Shown piece after piece: positions 25,645 to 35,476 of a stretch of 63,895 nt of DNA; positions within the stretch are counted from its first letter, which is position 1; the number at the start of each line of letters is the position of its first letter. The notes below the pieces were generated by a model. It saw nothing but the letters and a program-made list of their open reading frames with translations, was not told the DNA's origin and ran no database searches. This DNA comes from a virus: IMG/VR virus record IMGVR_UViG_3300021256_000015, positions 1 to 63,895 of that record; one strand, written 5' to 3'. The position numbers and the translations under genes were made by a program.

Positions 25645-27377
25645 GGCCAATATTCGTAACAGAGACACCAAACACATTCAGACTCCAGTTTGACTACAAT
25701 CCCAAAATGATTGATGTCGTCAAGCGCATTCCGAGCAAGCCACGATGGGACGCAACCGATAAGGCGTGGATAGTACAGAAGTCACACCTATCATATCCCC
25801 CTGGACGTGATGCACGCTGGTATGTCTTTGCTCTCGCACAATGGGCGGTGAAATGCCACTATTGCAGCGATGTTAAGACGCGCAACGACGAAAAGGACAT
25901 CACCTATGAATTACCCACTTTGACCGGCATAGATGGCGACCACTATATGCTACTTGACCCATACAAGTACCAGTTAGAGGGTGTGCAGTATGCTTTGCAA
26001 CACAAGCGATGTATCTTTGGCGATCAGCCAGGACTCGGAAAGACGCTGCAAGCCATCTGCGCCGTCGTCAAAGCTCACAAAGAGGCAGAAACTTATGGAG
26101 ACTCGTCCCCAACGCTTATAATATGCCCTGCCAGTCTTAAAATCAACTGGCAGCGTGAGTTCAAGAAATTCGCTGGTAAAAACGCTATCATACTCGATGA
26201 CAGCAACCGTGACAACTGGCAATGTTTCCTCGATATGCGCAGGGGTGATGGTGAACCTCTATGTGATGTGTTCATTACTAACTATGAGAGCCTTAAAAAG
26301 TTCTTTGTAGTTGACATAAAAGAACACAACAAACTCACCTTGCGCCATATCGTCTTTGATGAGCGCATTAAGCTATTCAAGTCTGTAATCATCGACGAGA
26401 GCCACAAATGCAAATCCTCAAAGACACAGCAGAGCAAATTCGTAGAGGGTATTTGTAGAGGTAAGAAGTGGGTATTTGAGTTGACAGGCACACCAGTAGT
26501 CAACAATAACACAGACCTCATCCAGCAGCTGAAGATTTTAGATAGATTGGAGGATTTTGGTGGATATAGGAAATTTGTGGCGAGGTACTGTGATGGACCA
26601 AAGCAGTCGAGCAATATGAAAGAGCTTAATTGGCGGTTGTGGAATTGCTGCTTTTTCCGTAGAGAGAAAAAGGCGGTACTTACACAACTCCCTGACAAAA
26701 GCCGTCAGTATATCGAGTGTGACATCACCAATCGCCGTGAGTATGACGATGCAGAGCGTGACGTGATAAGTTATCTCAGGCAGTACAAGAACGCCAATGA
26801 TGACAAGATACAGCGTGCCATGCGTGGTCAGATTATGGTGCAAATGGGCATTTTGAAACAAGTAGCTGCGAGAGGCAAGATTAAAGCCGTAACGGAGTTC
26901 GTTCACGATGTCATTGACGGTGGTGAGAAGTTAATTCTTTTCGCCTACCTCAAAGATGTTGTTGACGCCCTCAAAGAGCAATTCCCTGATGCCGTTACCG
27001 TCACTGGCAGCGACAACGTGAGAGAAAAGCAGAGAGCAGTAGATAAGTTTCAGAATGACCCTGACTGCAAGTTGATAATCCTCAACTATAAGAGTGGCGG
27101 TACTGGTTTGACTTTGACCGCTGCGAGCCGAGTTGCGTTCATTGAGTTCCCCTGGACGTACAGTGACTGCGAGCAAGCTGAAGACAGAGCGCACCGCAAC
27201 GGCCAGAAGAACAACGTGAACTGCTATTATTTTTTGGGCAATAAGACCATTGACCGATATATGTACCGTGTCATACAGACCAAGAAAGATATAGCGAATG
27301 AAGTCACTGGCACCACCACTCAGATAGATGAGGACATAGTAAGCATCACAATGAACTTGTTTAGTGACCGTCTATGA
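25641..27377 (+). CDS. SNF2-family helicase
   Basis: GDQPGLGKT, IIDESHKCK, LTGTPVVNN and QAEDRAHRNGQ motifs. Confidence 0.9.
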   Translation: MRPIFVTETPNTFRLQFDYNPKMIDVVKRIPSKPRWDATDKAWIVQKSHLSYPPGRDARWYVFALAQWAVKCHYCSDVKTRNDEKDITYELPTLTGIDGDHYMLLDPYKYQLEGVQYALQHKRCIFGDQPGLGKTLQAICAVVKAHKEAETYGDSSPTLIICPASLKINWQREFKKFAGKNAIILDDSNRDNWQCFLDMRRGDGEPLCDVFITNYESLKKFFVVDIKEHNKLTLRHIVFDERIKLFKSVIIDESHKCKSSKTQQSKFVEGICRGKKWVFELTGTPVVNNNTDLIQQLKILDRLEDFGGYRKFVARYCDGPKQSSNMKELNWRLWNCCFFRREKKAVLTQLPDKSRQYIECDITNRREYDDAERDVISYLRQYKNANDDKIQRAMRGQIMVQMGILKQVAARGKIKAVTEFVHDVIDGGEKLILFAYLKDVVDALKEQFPDAVTVTGSDNVREKQRAVDKFQNDPDCKLIILNYKSGGTGLTLTAASRVAFIEFPWTYSDCEQAEDRAHRNGQKNNVNCYYFLGNKTIDRYMYRVIQTKKDIANEVTGTTTQIDEDIVSITMNLFSDRL

Positions 27378-27550
27378 GACACTTTCGAGTAATCAAATCT
27401 CACGAAAAGGTATATATACAACATTACCAGCCAACGCTATTCGGTAATAAATGGGTGACGTTGTGGCAATTTACTTCTGATTGCGAGAGTGATTGCCGTG
27501 AGATAGTGAGATTGCTTAACAAGTGCAACAATAAATCACAAGACCAATGA
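27374..27550 (+). CDS. 58-aa hypothetical protein (absent from the ORF track)
   Basis: MRHFRVIKSHEKVYIQHYQPTLFGNKWVTLWQF.... ATGA overlaps with both neighbours. Confidence 0.5.
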   Translation: MRHFRVIKSHEKVYIQHYQPTLFGNKWVTLWQFTSDCESDCREIVRLLNKCNNKSQDQ

Positions 27551-27996
27551 CAAAAGATGAGATATTGAAATTAGAGCGCAGCTACAGCGAAAGCAAGATA
27601 CAGCATACTTGTGTGTGTTGGTTTCGCATGACGTTCCCACACGTTGCGGATCTGTTGTTTGCAGTGCCGAATGGTGGCAAACGTGACCCTCGCACTGGAG
27701 CGATGATGAAGTATGAGGGAGCTGTGAGCGGTGTCGCTGATTTGATATTGCTTTTCCCTCATGGTGGCAAGGCAAGCTTATGTATCGAGATGAAAGTCCC
27801 GAAGCGCAAAGGCAGCAGCGCAGGAAATCAGAGCGAAAACCAACGTACCTGGCAGTCGCTTGTCGAAACTTACGGCAGCAAATATTGCGTATGCCACGGC
27901 ATTTTTGAATTTGTGACTGTTGTTTGTTCTTATCTTCACATTGACCCACGGCCACATATTGAACGAGTTTTAGAGCAATATGCAATTTTTAGGTAA
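27547..27996 (+). CDS. VRR-NUC domain nuclease
   Basis: VPNGGKR...GAVSGVADLILLFPHGGKASLCIEMKVPKRKG...QSENQRTW. Confidence 0.8.
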   Translation: MTKDEILKLERSYSESKIQHTCVCWFRMTFPHVADLLFAVPNGGKRDPRTGAMMKYEGAVSGVADLILLFPHGGKASLCIEMKVPKRKGSSAGNQSENQRTWQSLVETYGSKYCVCHGIFEFVTVVCSYLHIDPRPHIERVLEQYAIFR

Positions 27997-28763
27997 TGGC
28001 AAAGAAAGCTTTAATGTTATATCTTGACCAGCTGGAAGTCATAGATGCTATGGATGATGAGCAAGTAGGCAAATTGTTCAGAGCGTTAAAGGCATACCAG
28101 TTAGGCGACGATGTTGAACCATACCTGAGCGACCAAATAGTTAGAGTTGTCTTTATTCAGTTCAAAAGCGTCTTATCAACAGCCAATCGCAAATATGAAG
28201 AGATATGCGAGCGCAATAGGGCTAATGGGATAAAGGGAGGGCGACCTAAAACCCAAAATAACCCAGTGGGTTTTTCGGAAAACCCAGAAAAACCCAAAAT
28301 AACCCAGTCGGTTTTAGAAGAAACCCAAAAAACCCAAGTGGTTTTTTCAAAAACCCAAAAAAACCCTAAAGATAAGATAAGAGAAGATAAAGATATAAAA
28401 GAAAAGAAAGATAAAAGAAAAGAAAAACCTGACGGTTTTCTTTTTCCACCTCCAAAAGCTGCCAAAATTAAGACTGATGATTTTGTGCCTCCTTCACTAA
28501 AAGAAGTTGAGGCGTTTTTCAGGCAGTCAGCAGCGCAACTACCAACTTGGCAAGATGAGGCAAAAATTTTCTTTTATCACTACGACGGTTTAGGATGGCG
28601 AAACACTCACGGCGTAAAGATACGCAACTGGGATAGTTTTGCAAACAAATGGATATTTGACAAAATCAATGAGAATAAACGCAGGACTAATAGACAAAGC
28701 GATAAGCGAACAACAACGTCAGTCGAGCCTGACTGTGGACTTATCGAACCCCCGAGTGGTTAA
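27996..28763 (+). CDS. Replication initiator / replisome organiser (DUF6291-like N-terminus)
   Basis: DDEQVGKLFRALKAYQLG...NRANGIKGGRPK and a C-terminal FFYHYDGLGWRN...IRNWDSFANKW. Contains the iteron array. Confidence 0.6.
   Translation: MAKKALMLYLDQLEVIDAMDDEQVGKLFRALKAYQLGDDVEPYLSDQIVRVVFIQFKSVLSTANRKYEEICERNRANGIKGGRPKTQNNPVGFSENPEKPKITQSVLEETQKTQVVFSKTQKNPKDKIREDKDIKEKKDKRKEKPDGFLFPPPKAAKIKTDDFVPPSLKEVEAFFRQSAAQLPTWQDEAKIFFYHYDGLGWRNTHGVKIRNWDSFANKWIFDKINENKRRTNRQSDKRTTTSVEPDCGLIEPPSG
28248..28440. repeat. Putative origin of replication: AACCCA iterons plus a purine/AT-rich tract
   Basis: AAACCCAAAATAACCCAGTSGGTTTT x2 (28248-73, 28291-315) plus variants (8 ACCCA in total), then gataagataagagaagataaagatataaaagaaaag.... 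Confidence 0.6.
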
Positions 28764-28782
28764 CAATCTGAAGTGGCAGTTT

Positions 28783-29334
28783 ATGCGCAAGGCAAAAGAA
28801 ATATGCCCTGAGTTTACTGTCACCAATGAATTGAGACCCACGCTCAACGCACTCTTCAACTGGTGTGTCATGCTCCCAGCCCAGCTCAACCCACACAAAG
28901 GCCTATGGCTGTGGGGTAACATTGGCACCGGCAAAACAACCATGTTGAAGATTGTCCGTGCATTTTGCAATGACGTGCGGCCAATAAACATCGATGGATA
29001 CCGATACTCATTCAGGATTACGCCTGTGGGTGACGTGTGCAGGGACTTCATGGAAAATAATTACATGGGAGTTCAAGACTACATTGACAGCAACCGTCAG
29101 GCATTTGATGATTTGGGTGTAGAGCCTCAACCTTTGAGTTATTACGGCACTATGGTCAATGTCATGGAATATGTCCTACTTGCACGCTATGAGAGGCGCG
29201 ATGTGGCATTTACCCATGTAACATCCAACCTCTCACCAAAGCAGGTCGGGCAGATGTATGGAATGCGCGTCTATGACCGCACTAAAGAGATGTTCAATTT
29301 TGTAGAGATGGCAGGAGCCACATTCAGGAAATGA
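28783..29334 (+). CDS. DnaC/IstB-like AAA+ helicase loader
   Basis: Walker A LWLWGNIGTGKTTM; directly follows the initiator. Start set at the first ATG after the upstream stop. Confidence 0.7.
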   Translation: MRKAKEICPEFTVTNELRPTLNALFNWCVMLPAQLNPHKGLWLWGNIGTGKTTMLKIVRAFCNDVRPINIDGYRYSFRITPVGDVCRDFMENNYMGVQDYIDSNRQAFDDLGVEPQPLSYYGTMVNVMEYVLLARYERRDVAFTHVTSNLSPKQVGQMYGMRVYDRTKEMFNFVEMAGATFRK

Positions 29335-29555
29335 AAACTAAGTGCGTAGTATATTGGAAAAAAAGAGCCACACCTGAGGCGATTGAGGCCATTCGGAGAA
29401 AGTTCAACATTCCACACTATACGACTCTAAACGGAGAGAGTCCAGTGGAAGTTGATGAAGAGCAAATGAAACTGTTACGAGAGTGCGAGCGAAAGGAATT
29501 CCTACAGATACGCATGAAAAAATGGTGTAAAAATGGCGACCTTTTCGTTTTTTAA
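29331..29555 (+). CDS. Hypothetical protein (74 aa)
   Basis: ATGA overlap. Its 3' end carries the upstream box of promoter cassette F. Confidence 0.5.
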   Translation: MKTKCVVYWKKRATPEAIEAIRRKFNIPHYTTLNGESPVEVDEEQMKLLRECERKEFLQIRMKKWCKNGDLFVF

Positions 29556-29617
29556 TCTCGTAAATTATTACTAACTTTACGGTATTAAACAACTAAAAGT
29601 TTACATAAGTCAAACCA
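29524..29617 (+). promoter_or_regulatory. Early promoter cassette F
   Basis: GGTGTAAAAATGGCG box, TAACTTTA -7, leader AAGTCAAACCA (29607-17). Confidence 0.5.
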
Positions 29618-29632
29618 ATTATTTTTTTATTT

Positions 29633-31282
29633 ATGGAAGTACAGCAAATTCCAATCGGGCAGATAAAACCATCGCCCATGAACCCTCGCAAAACATTCGA
29701 CGAGGTTGAGCTGCAAGAGCTTGCTGACAGCATCAAGCATCAGGGGTTGTTGCAGCCTATTACCGTGCGACCAGTCAAGAACACTGACCCAGACCCATTC
29801 GCCGAAGGAGGCTATGAGATTGTGTGTGGTGAGCGTCGCTATCGTGCTTTATTAATCAACGCTGGAGGTAACGATGATTATCATGTAACCTGCATCGTGA
29901 GGAACCTCACCGATGAAGAGGCTTTCGACGCTATGATTACCGAAAATCTACAGCGTCAAGACGTTGATCCGATTGAAGAGGCTTTCGCTTTTGAGCAGCT
30001 TAAAAATCGTGGCTCCACCGTTGAAGAAATAGCTATGCGGTTTGGTAAATCCAATCGCTTTGTTGCTGAACGTATCAAGTTAAACAGCCTAATTCCCGAG
30101 CTACTTTTAAGGGTCAAGGATGGCAGTATGGCAATCAGTGCCGGCTTGATGATAAGCAAACTTGAGGAAGATGACCAGCGCAAATTCCAGGAACGTTATT
30201 CAACGTGGGATAAAATCGGCAAAGAGAATGCCGTGAGATATTGCAATGAGGTTTTCCAGTTCATAGGAAATTCGCCGTGGTATCAAGATGACCGAGTTGA
30301 TTTTGACGGTGGTTGTGGAGTTAAATGCAGTCAGTGTCAATTCAACAACATCAACGCTGGATGCTTATTCTACGAGATGAAAGCGGAAAAGTCCACGGCC
30401 AAATGCACCAACAAGGCAAAATTCCAGGAAAAGAAATTTGCCTACATGATGAGCCTTATTGACGTTCACGCTGACAGTATAGTCAAGATAGGCGAGTCGA
30501 TGGAGCAAGGCAAAATTGCACTGGTGAGCGACATCTCAAGTTACTGCAATGACAGAGCCACCGTCGATAAGTTCCTTGAACTATGTAAGTCAAAAGGCTA
30601 TGAGGTTTTCAAATGTGAAGATGTATTTGAGAGATACAGCAGCTACGATGAAGATGATGAGCGGTTACAAGAAAAACTCGCAAATCATGAAGTATATCAC
30701 TGTCTTTGCATCAAGTCGTGGTACAACTCAATAGAAGTTGAAAATCTATATTACGAGTTCAAGAAAAATATGGAAGGCGTTGACAATGCCACCATTCAAG
30801 AGGGCGCCACCGTTGCAAAACTTACACAAAAATATAAGGATATATGCTCAAAGTGTCGTGATAAACGTGACCTTGAAGTGGCTGGACTATTCTCATTCAG
30901 CAACAGCGAAATAAGCAACGATGACCTCACCGAAGAGGAAAACGATGCGGTTTTCATGTACCTGCTTGCATCTACCAGTTGGGAGTACAGGCGTGACGTG
31001 ATGAAAAAGTCGCACAGGTTGCCATTAGAGGAATATTACGAATATGTTGTGAGTCATCCCGATGAGAGGAACAAAATCTTGCGTGAGTGGTTGCGTTGCA
31101 ATCTCAATCGTGTTGATGACCTTGGAGGATGCTCTGGGCAGTTTGTCGTTGCAAACCAGTGGCATCCTACTGAACTTGCCGAAATCATGGATAAGTTCAA
31201 CACTGACCTTGAGAAAAAGACCAGCAAGATAGTCAAACAACTTGACGAGCTGGGTTATACCACTGACGGTCACAAGAAGTAA
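29633..31282 (+). CDS. ParB N-terminal-domain protein (549 aa)
   Basis: IPIGQIKPSPMNPRK...LADSIKHQGLLQPITVRP...IVCGERRYRA. Confidence 0.85.
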   Translation: MEVQQIPIGQIKPSPMNPRKTFDEVELQELADSIKHQGLLQPITVRPVKNTDPDPFAEGGYEIVCGERRYRALLINAGGNDDYHVTCIVRNLTDEEAFDAMITENLQRQDVDPIEEAFAFEQLKNRGSTVEEIAMRFGKSNRFVAERIKLNSLIPELLLRVKDGSMAISAGLMISKLEEDDQRKFQERYSTWDKIGKENAVRYCNEVFQFIGNSPWYQDDRVDFDGGCGVKCSQCQFNNINAGCLFYEMKAEKSTAKCTNKAKFQEKKFAYMMSLIDVHADSIVKIGESMEQGKIALVSDISSYCNDRATVDKFLELCKSKGYEVFKCEDVFERYSSYDEDDERLQEKLANHEVYHCLCIKSWYNSIEVENLYYEFKKNMEGVDNATIQEGATVAKLTQKYKDICSKCRDKRDLEVAGLFSFSNSEISNDDLTEEENDAVFMYLLASTSWEYRRDVMKKSHRLPLEEYYEYVVSHPDERNKILREWLRCNLNRVDDLGGCSGQFVVANQWHPTELAEIMDKFNTDLEKKTSKIVKQLDELGYTTDGHKK

Positions 31283-31304
31283 TCAATCCACATCATCACA
31301 AATT

Positions 31305-31335
31305 GAGTACCGGCTTGATAGTCGGTACTCTTATT
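31305..31335 (+). terminator. Hairpin gagtaccg-N10-cggtactc plus ttatt
   Basis: 8-bp stem after the ParB gene. Confidence 0.6.
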
Positions 31336-31346
31336 AATGTACCAAT

Positions 31347-33545
31347 ATGGAATACTTAGAATTTCTTGAGACAAAGAAGATAACCGTCAAAAAGAGTGGT
31401 TTTGACGTACAAGAATGCGACCTAAACCCAAAGCTTTTTGACTTTCAAAGATTTTGCGTTCGTAAGATGTTGAAGAATGGTAAGGGCGCAATCTTCGCTG
31501 GTTGTGGAAACGGCAAAACACTCATGCAGCTTGAATGGGCACAAAAAGTCGCAGATCACGAGGAACGTCCAGTACTCATCCTTGCCCCATTATCAGTCAG
31601 TCGCCAGACGATTGCCGAAGGGTGTCGCTTTGGTTACTCTGTTCAATTGTACCGAGATATGACGATTGGTAGTAAGATTGTCATTACCAACTATGAGCAG
31701 ATAGAGAACATAGACATTGACCTTTTCGTGGGCATAGTCCTCGATGAAAGTTCCATTCTCAAAAATTTCACTGGCCACTATAGGCGGTTATTGACTGAGC
31801 GTTTCAAGCACACTCCCTACAAGCTATGCTGTAGTGCCACACCATCACCTAACGACCTCAACGAGATAGGAAACCATAGTGAGTTCCTTGACGTGTTGGA
31901 CGCTCAGGATATGCGTTCCAAGTGGTTTGTGCGTGATGAAGGCATGAACAACTATCGCCTGAAAGGACATGCCAAAGCTGACTTTTACGGATGGATAGCG
32001 AGTTGGGCAATCATGTTTGAAAACCCAGCCGATATCGGTTTTGTGGAGACGGGCAAGCTGTTCAAGCTGCCAAAACTCAACTACTATGAGCACGCCGTCG
32101 AAGTAGCACCGCAAGATGGTCAGTTGTTTGCCAGTGGCATAGTCAACGCCACAAACTTCAATTCCGAGTTACGCAAGACCATGAGCCAACGACTGGAGCT
32201 CGTCGCCAAGCTTGCCCGAGAGACTGAGGGACAAGTCCTCATTTGGGTGAAACAAAACAAAGAGGGCGAGGAGTTGAGGAAACTATTGCCTGAGGCAGTC
32301 GAGGTCAAAGGCAATGACAGTGACAGCCATAAAGAGAAATCACTACTGGACTTTGCCGACGGCAAAATAAGAATATTAATCAGCAAGGCAAAGATTTGCG
32401 GTTACGGCATGAATTTCCAGTCATGCGGAACTCAGATATTCGCAGCTCCTGATTTTTCTTTTGAGGACTTCTACCAGCAGGTACGCCGCTCTTACCGCTT
32501 CGGGCGCAAGGGTGATGTCAACATTCACTTAGTAATCACCGACACAATGAGCAACACAAGAGACATCATTTTGAAGAAACAGAAGGCATTTGAGGAAATG
32601 CAACATGAGATAAACGCCAACATCAATGAGCGTAAATATGGCCTATTGAACGACTACGACTATCGTGAGTATAGAGACGATAAAGTTTTCTTGATGAAAG
32701 GGGACACCACGATAGAGATTAAGAGAGTCCCTGACAACAGCGTGGACTTGATTATTTTTTCCCCCCCCTTCAGCTCCTTGTTTACCTATTCAAACTACAT
32801 CCACGATATGGGTAACAATGAGACACACGAGGACTTTTTTCGGCAATATGCCTTCCTGCTTAAAGAGTTGTATCGCATTTTAAAGCCTGGTAGGTTGATG
32901 TGCTGTCACACTAAGGACTTAGGAGTTTACAAGAACTCGTCGGGCTACACTGGCATGTATGACTTCACTGGAGAGCATACTCGGCACGTCGAGGAAGCAG
33001 GTTTTAAACTCCATTCAAAAATAACAATCTGGACAGATCCAGTCCTTGAAATGCAACGCACCAAAACCCAGCGACTGCTTTACAAGCAAGTTACAAGTGA
33101 CAGTAGTAAGACAGGCATCGGTATGGCTGAGTACATGACAATCTTCAAAAAGTGGGAGGGCGACGAAAAAGACTGGGAGCCAATCGTGGCACTTGACAAA
33201 CAGAACTTTCCGCTTGAGACCTGGCAACGTTGGGCAAGTCCTGTGTGGATGGATATACGACGCACCGACGTGCTGACAGCCAACGAGGGCACAGAGATGG
33301 GTGATGAGAAACACATCTGCCCTCTCCAGCTTGGGGTAATTGAGAGATGCGTCCACCTTTGGAGCAATCCAGGCGAGATTGTGTTTACCCCATTCCTCGG
33401 AATTGGCAGCGAAATCTACGAGGCTGTGAAAGCAGACCGCCGTGGCATTGGCTGTGAGTTAAAAGACAGTTATTTCGACGTGGCAGTAAAGAACATCCGC
33501 AAGGCAGAACTTACTGCAAAACAACCTACACTTTTCGATTTCTAA
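31347..33545 (+). CDS. Helicase-domain / N6-or-N4 DNA methyltransferase fusion (732 aa)
   Basis: The N-terminal SF2 helicase part has FAGCGNGKT and VLDESSILKN. The C-terminal beta-class MTase part has DLIIFSPPF (motif IV) and FTPFLGIGSE (motif I). Confidence 0.8.
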   Translation: MEYLEFLETKKITVKKSGFDVQECDLNPKLFDFQRFCVRKMLKNGKGAIFAGCGNGKTLMQLEWAQKVADHEERPVLILAPLSVSRQTIAEGCRFGYSVQLYRDMTIGSKIVITNYEQIENIDIDLFVGIVLDESSILKNFTGHYRRLLTERFKHTPYKLCCSATPSPNDLNEIGNHSEFLDVLDAQDMRSKWFVRDEGMNNYRLKGHAKADFYGWIASWAIMFENPADIGFVETGKLFKLPKLNYYEHAVEVAPQDGQLFASGIVNATNFNSELRKTMSQRLELVAKLARETEGQVLIWVKQNKEGEELRKLLPEAVEVKGNDSDSHKEKSLLDFADGKIRILISKAKICGYGMNFQSCGTQIFAAPDFSFEDFYQQVRRSYRFGRKGDVNIHLVITDTMSNTRDIILKKQKAFEEMQHEINANINERKYGLLNDYDYREYRDDKVFLMKGDTTIEIKRVPDNSVDLIIFSPPFSSLFTYSNYIHDMGNNETHEDFFRQYAFLLKELYRILKPGRLMCCHTKDLGVYKNSSGYTGMYDFTGEHTRHVEEAGFKLHSKITIWTDPVLEMQRTKTQRLLYKQVTSDSSKTGIGMAEYMTIFKKWEGDEKDWEPIVALDKQNFPLETWQRWASPVWMDIRRTDVLTANEGTEMGDEKHICPLQLGVIERCVHLWSNPGEIVFTPFLGIGSEIYEAVKADRRGIGCELKDSYFDVAVKNIRKAELTAKQPTLFDF

Positions 33546-33581
33546 AATGACAATGAACCCATACAGACCACCTCCTAACTC

Positions 33582-33947
33582 TTGCATATCAGTAAAGCGA
33601 GAGAAATAATTAATAACAACCCAAAACATAGTCACGACGATGCGATGATAAAGTTAAATATATATGCCATGAAAGCTCATGGCCAGGCAATCGCACGAGG
33701 CGATTACCGTGAGGAGAGTTCAGCGATGGTGCCATTATGCCTCGCCAGTGTCAAGTGGCGAAAGTTGCATCAGGCGCAGATGGACTATCGAAAGAACCCA
33801 TACCAGCCGTCACGCCTTGACAATTACACTCTGCGTGAAGAGCTGGCGTGTGAGCAGATAGTCCGACTGATAGAGTACCTGCAACATATAGGCTGCAAAG
33901 ATATAGAGGGGGGCATCAGGCAGATTATCGATAGAGACCTCAAGTAG
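33582..33947 (+). CDS. Hypothetical protein (start uncertain; weak MazG-like C-terminus)
   Basis: The ORF opens with TTG; internal ATGs are possible. REELACEQIVRLIEYL is only weakly suggestive. Confidence 0.4.
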   Translation: MHISKAREIINNNPKHSHDDAMIKLNIYAMKAHGQAIARGDYREESSAMVPLCLASVKWRKLHQAQMDYRKNPYQPSRLDNYTLREELACEQIVRLIEYLQHIGCKDIEGGIRQIIDRDLK

Positions 33948-33963
33948 TGGCGATGTCGAGTTG

Positions 33964-33993
33964 TTAAGTGATGATGATTTAAGTGATGATGAT
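33964..33993 (+). repeat. Perfect tandem 15-mer TTAAGTGATGATGAT x2
   Basis: Lies 8 nt upstream of the ParB-like gene. The GTGATGATGA core is shared with 16541-65 and 21948-67. Confidence 0.9.
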
Positions 33994-34001
33994 AAACAAC
34001 A

Positions 34002-34661
34002 ATGACAAAGAACATACCAATATCACAACTGGACTACAACAAGGGCCAGTTGAAAGGACTTCCAAGAAATCCACGGTTTGTCCGAGACAACCGCTACGAG
34101 GCGATGAAAAGGAGCATTGAGGAATGCCCTGAGATGCTTGAATTGAGGGAGCTCATAGTGTTTCCATACATGGACGGCAAATATATCGTCGTTTGTGGCA
34201 ATCTCCGACTGAGAGCCTGCAGGGAACTCGGAATGTTTACCGAATTGCCATGCAAGGTGCTTAGTGAGAAGACCAAGCCAAAGAAACTGCGAGAATATGC
34301 CGCTAAAGACAATGTGAGCTTTGGCGAAAACGACGTGGACATCATAGAAAATGAGTGGGACAGAAACGAGTTGCAGGATTGGGGCTATGAATTTGCTCCT
34401 GAAAAGAAGAAGGACGAATTTAAAGAGCGTTTCGATGCCATCACCGATGACACGGCACTCTACCCTCTAATCCCCAAATATGACGAGAAATATGAGCTGT
34501 TCATAATCCAGTCTGCAAATGAAGTAGATAGTAATTGGCTACGAGAGCGGCTGGGGATGCAGCGCATGAGGTCATATAAGACCGGCAAAGTGAGCAAGTC
34601 GAATGTAGTTGACATAAAAGACGTGAGAAATGCCCTTGAGAATAGTAATCCCAAGCCATAA
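34002..34661 (+). CDS. ParB-like nuclease-domain protein (219 aa)
   Basis: LPRNPRFVRDNRYEAMKRSIEE...IVVCGNLRLRACRELG. Confidence 0.7.
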   Translation: MTKNIPISQLDYNKGQLKGLPRNPRFVRDNRYEAMKRSIEECPEMLELRELIVFPYMDGKYIVVCGNLRLRACRELGMFTELPCKVLSEKTKPKKLREYAAKDNVSFGENDVDIIENEWDRNELQDWGYEFAPEKKKDEFKERFDAITDDTALYPLIPKYDEKYELFIIQSANEVDSNWLRERLGMQRMRSYKTGKVSKSNVVDIKDVRNALENSNPKP

Positions 34662-35382
34662 GCGTCACGACAGGGTTATGTCCAAGCGACTTGTCGTTGA
34701 CCCGATAATCTGCGTGGCGGAGAGCCAGGCCGATTTGTACAAAGAGCATAATCCCGAATGTGAGATAGTCACCCATCCCGATAGCGTGATAGGACTGATA
34801 CCTAAACGCAATTGGATGGCAAAGCACTTTGGAGATTTGTTTATGCTCGACGATGATGTTCACGTAGTCAAGAACCTCAACGCCGAACGTGGCGAGAGTG
34901 GAGTTATCCGAGACCCTAAGAAGATAACTCATATCATTGAGAGTCTATATGAACTGGCGTGCATGTTAGACGTGCATCTGTTTGGTTTCACCAGCCGTAT
35001 TAGTCCAGTGATGTACGATGAGAGCGGCTATTACTCATTGAGCAAGATGATAACTGGTTGTGCCTACGGAGTCCGCTACAATAAAAACGTGTGGTGGAAT
35101 GACGAAATCAAGCTCAAGGAGGATTTTTGGATAAGCTGCTATATGAAGTACAAAGAGCGTCGCATATTGACTGACTTGCGTTACAACTTTTCCCAGAAGG
35201 GGACTTTTGTCAACGCCGGTGGTTTGGCGGCGTTCCGTAACCAGGAGGAAGAGCGTCGTTCGATATTGTTCATTAAAAAACATTTCGGTGACAGCATCCA
35301 ACTCAAGGGAGCGACCAACAACGGCAAAGATAAGACACGTTCAATGGTCCAGTATAACATTACTTGCAAATTCAAATACTAA
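34630..35382 (+). CDS. Glycosyltransferase-like protein (GT-A-like, DxD), putative
   Basis: RIVIPSHKRHDR...FMLDDDVHVV resembles the IPSYKR...DDD pattern of phage DNA/sugar glycosyltransferases. Assignment is weak. Confidence 0.35.
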   Translation: MPLRIVIPSHKRHDRVMSKRLVVDPIICVAESQADLYKEHNPECEIVTHPDSVIGLIPKRNWMAKHFGDLFMLDDDVHVVKNLNAERGESGVIRDPKKITHIIESLYELACMLDVHLFGFTSRISPVMYDESGYYSLSKMITGCAYGVRYNKNVWWNDEIKLKEDFWISCYMKYKERRILTDLRYNFSQKGTFVNAGGLAAFRNQEEERRSILFIKKHFGDSIQLKGATNNGKDKTRSMVQYNITCKFKY

Positions 35383-35390
35383 CGTTACAA

Positions 35391-35476
35391 AGAGTTAAGG
35401 CGTTGAAATGGTGGCAATCCTGTTGCCTGTAATCAGAATAAAATGCCTAACTTTATATGTTAAAAGACTACAAGCT
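35391..35476 (+). promoter_or_regulatory. Early promoter cassette B (no AAGTCAAACCA leader)
   Basis: AGAGTTAAGGCGTTGAAATGGTGG box, TTG, 22 nt, TAACTTTA. Confidence 0.5.

Noticed and set aside
28248-28372. Possible CRISPR-like array because of regularly spaced ACCCA repeats
   Set aside because: The repeats are short (6-26 nt) and irregular, lie inside a coding frame, and have no unique spacers of CRISPR size. An iteron origin explains them better.
35408-35476. Upstream starts given by the ORF track for several genes (35408, 63014, 39777, 28639, 47041, 53230, 21925, 19225, 10216, 11919)
   Set aside because: The extensions cover promoter cassettes, terminator hairpins or the preceding gene, and several use non-ATG codons. 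The first ATG after these elements was chosen instead.
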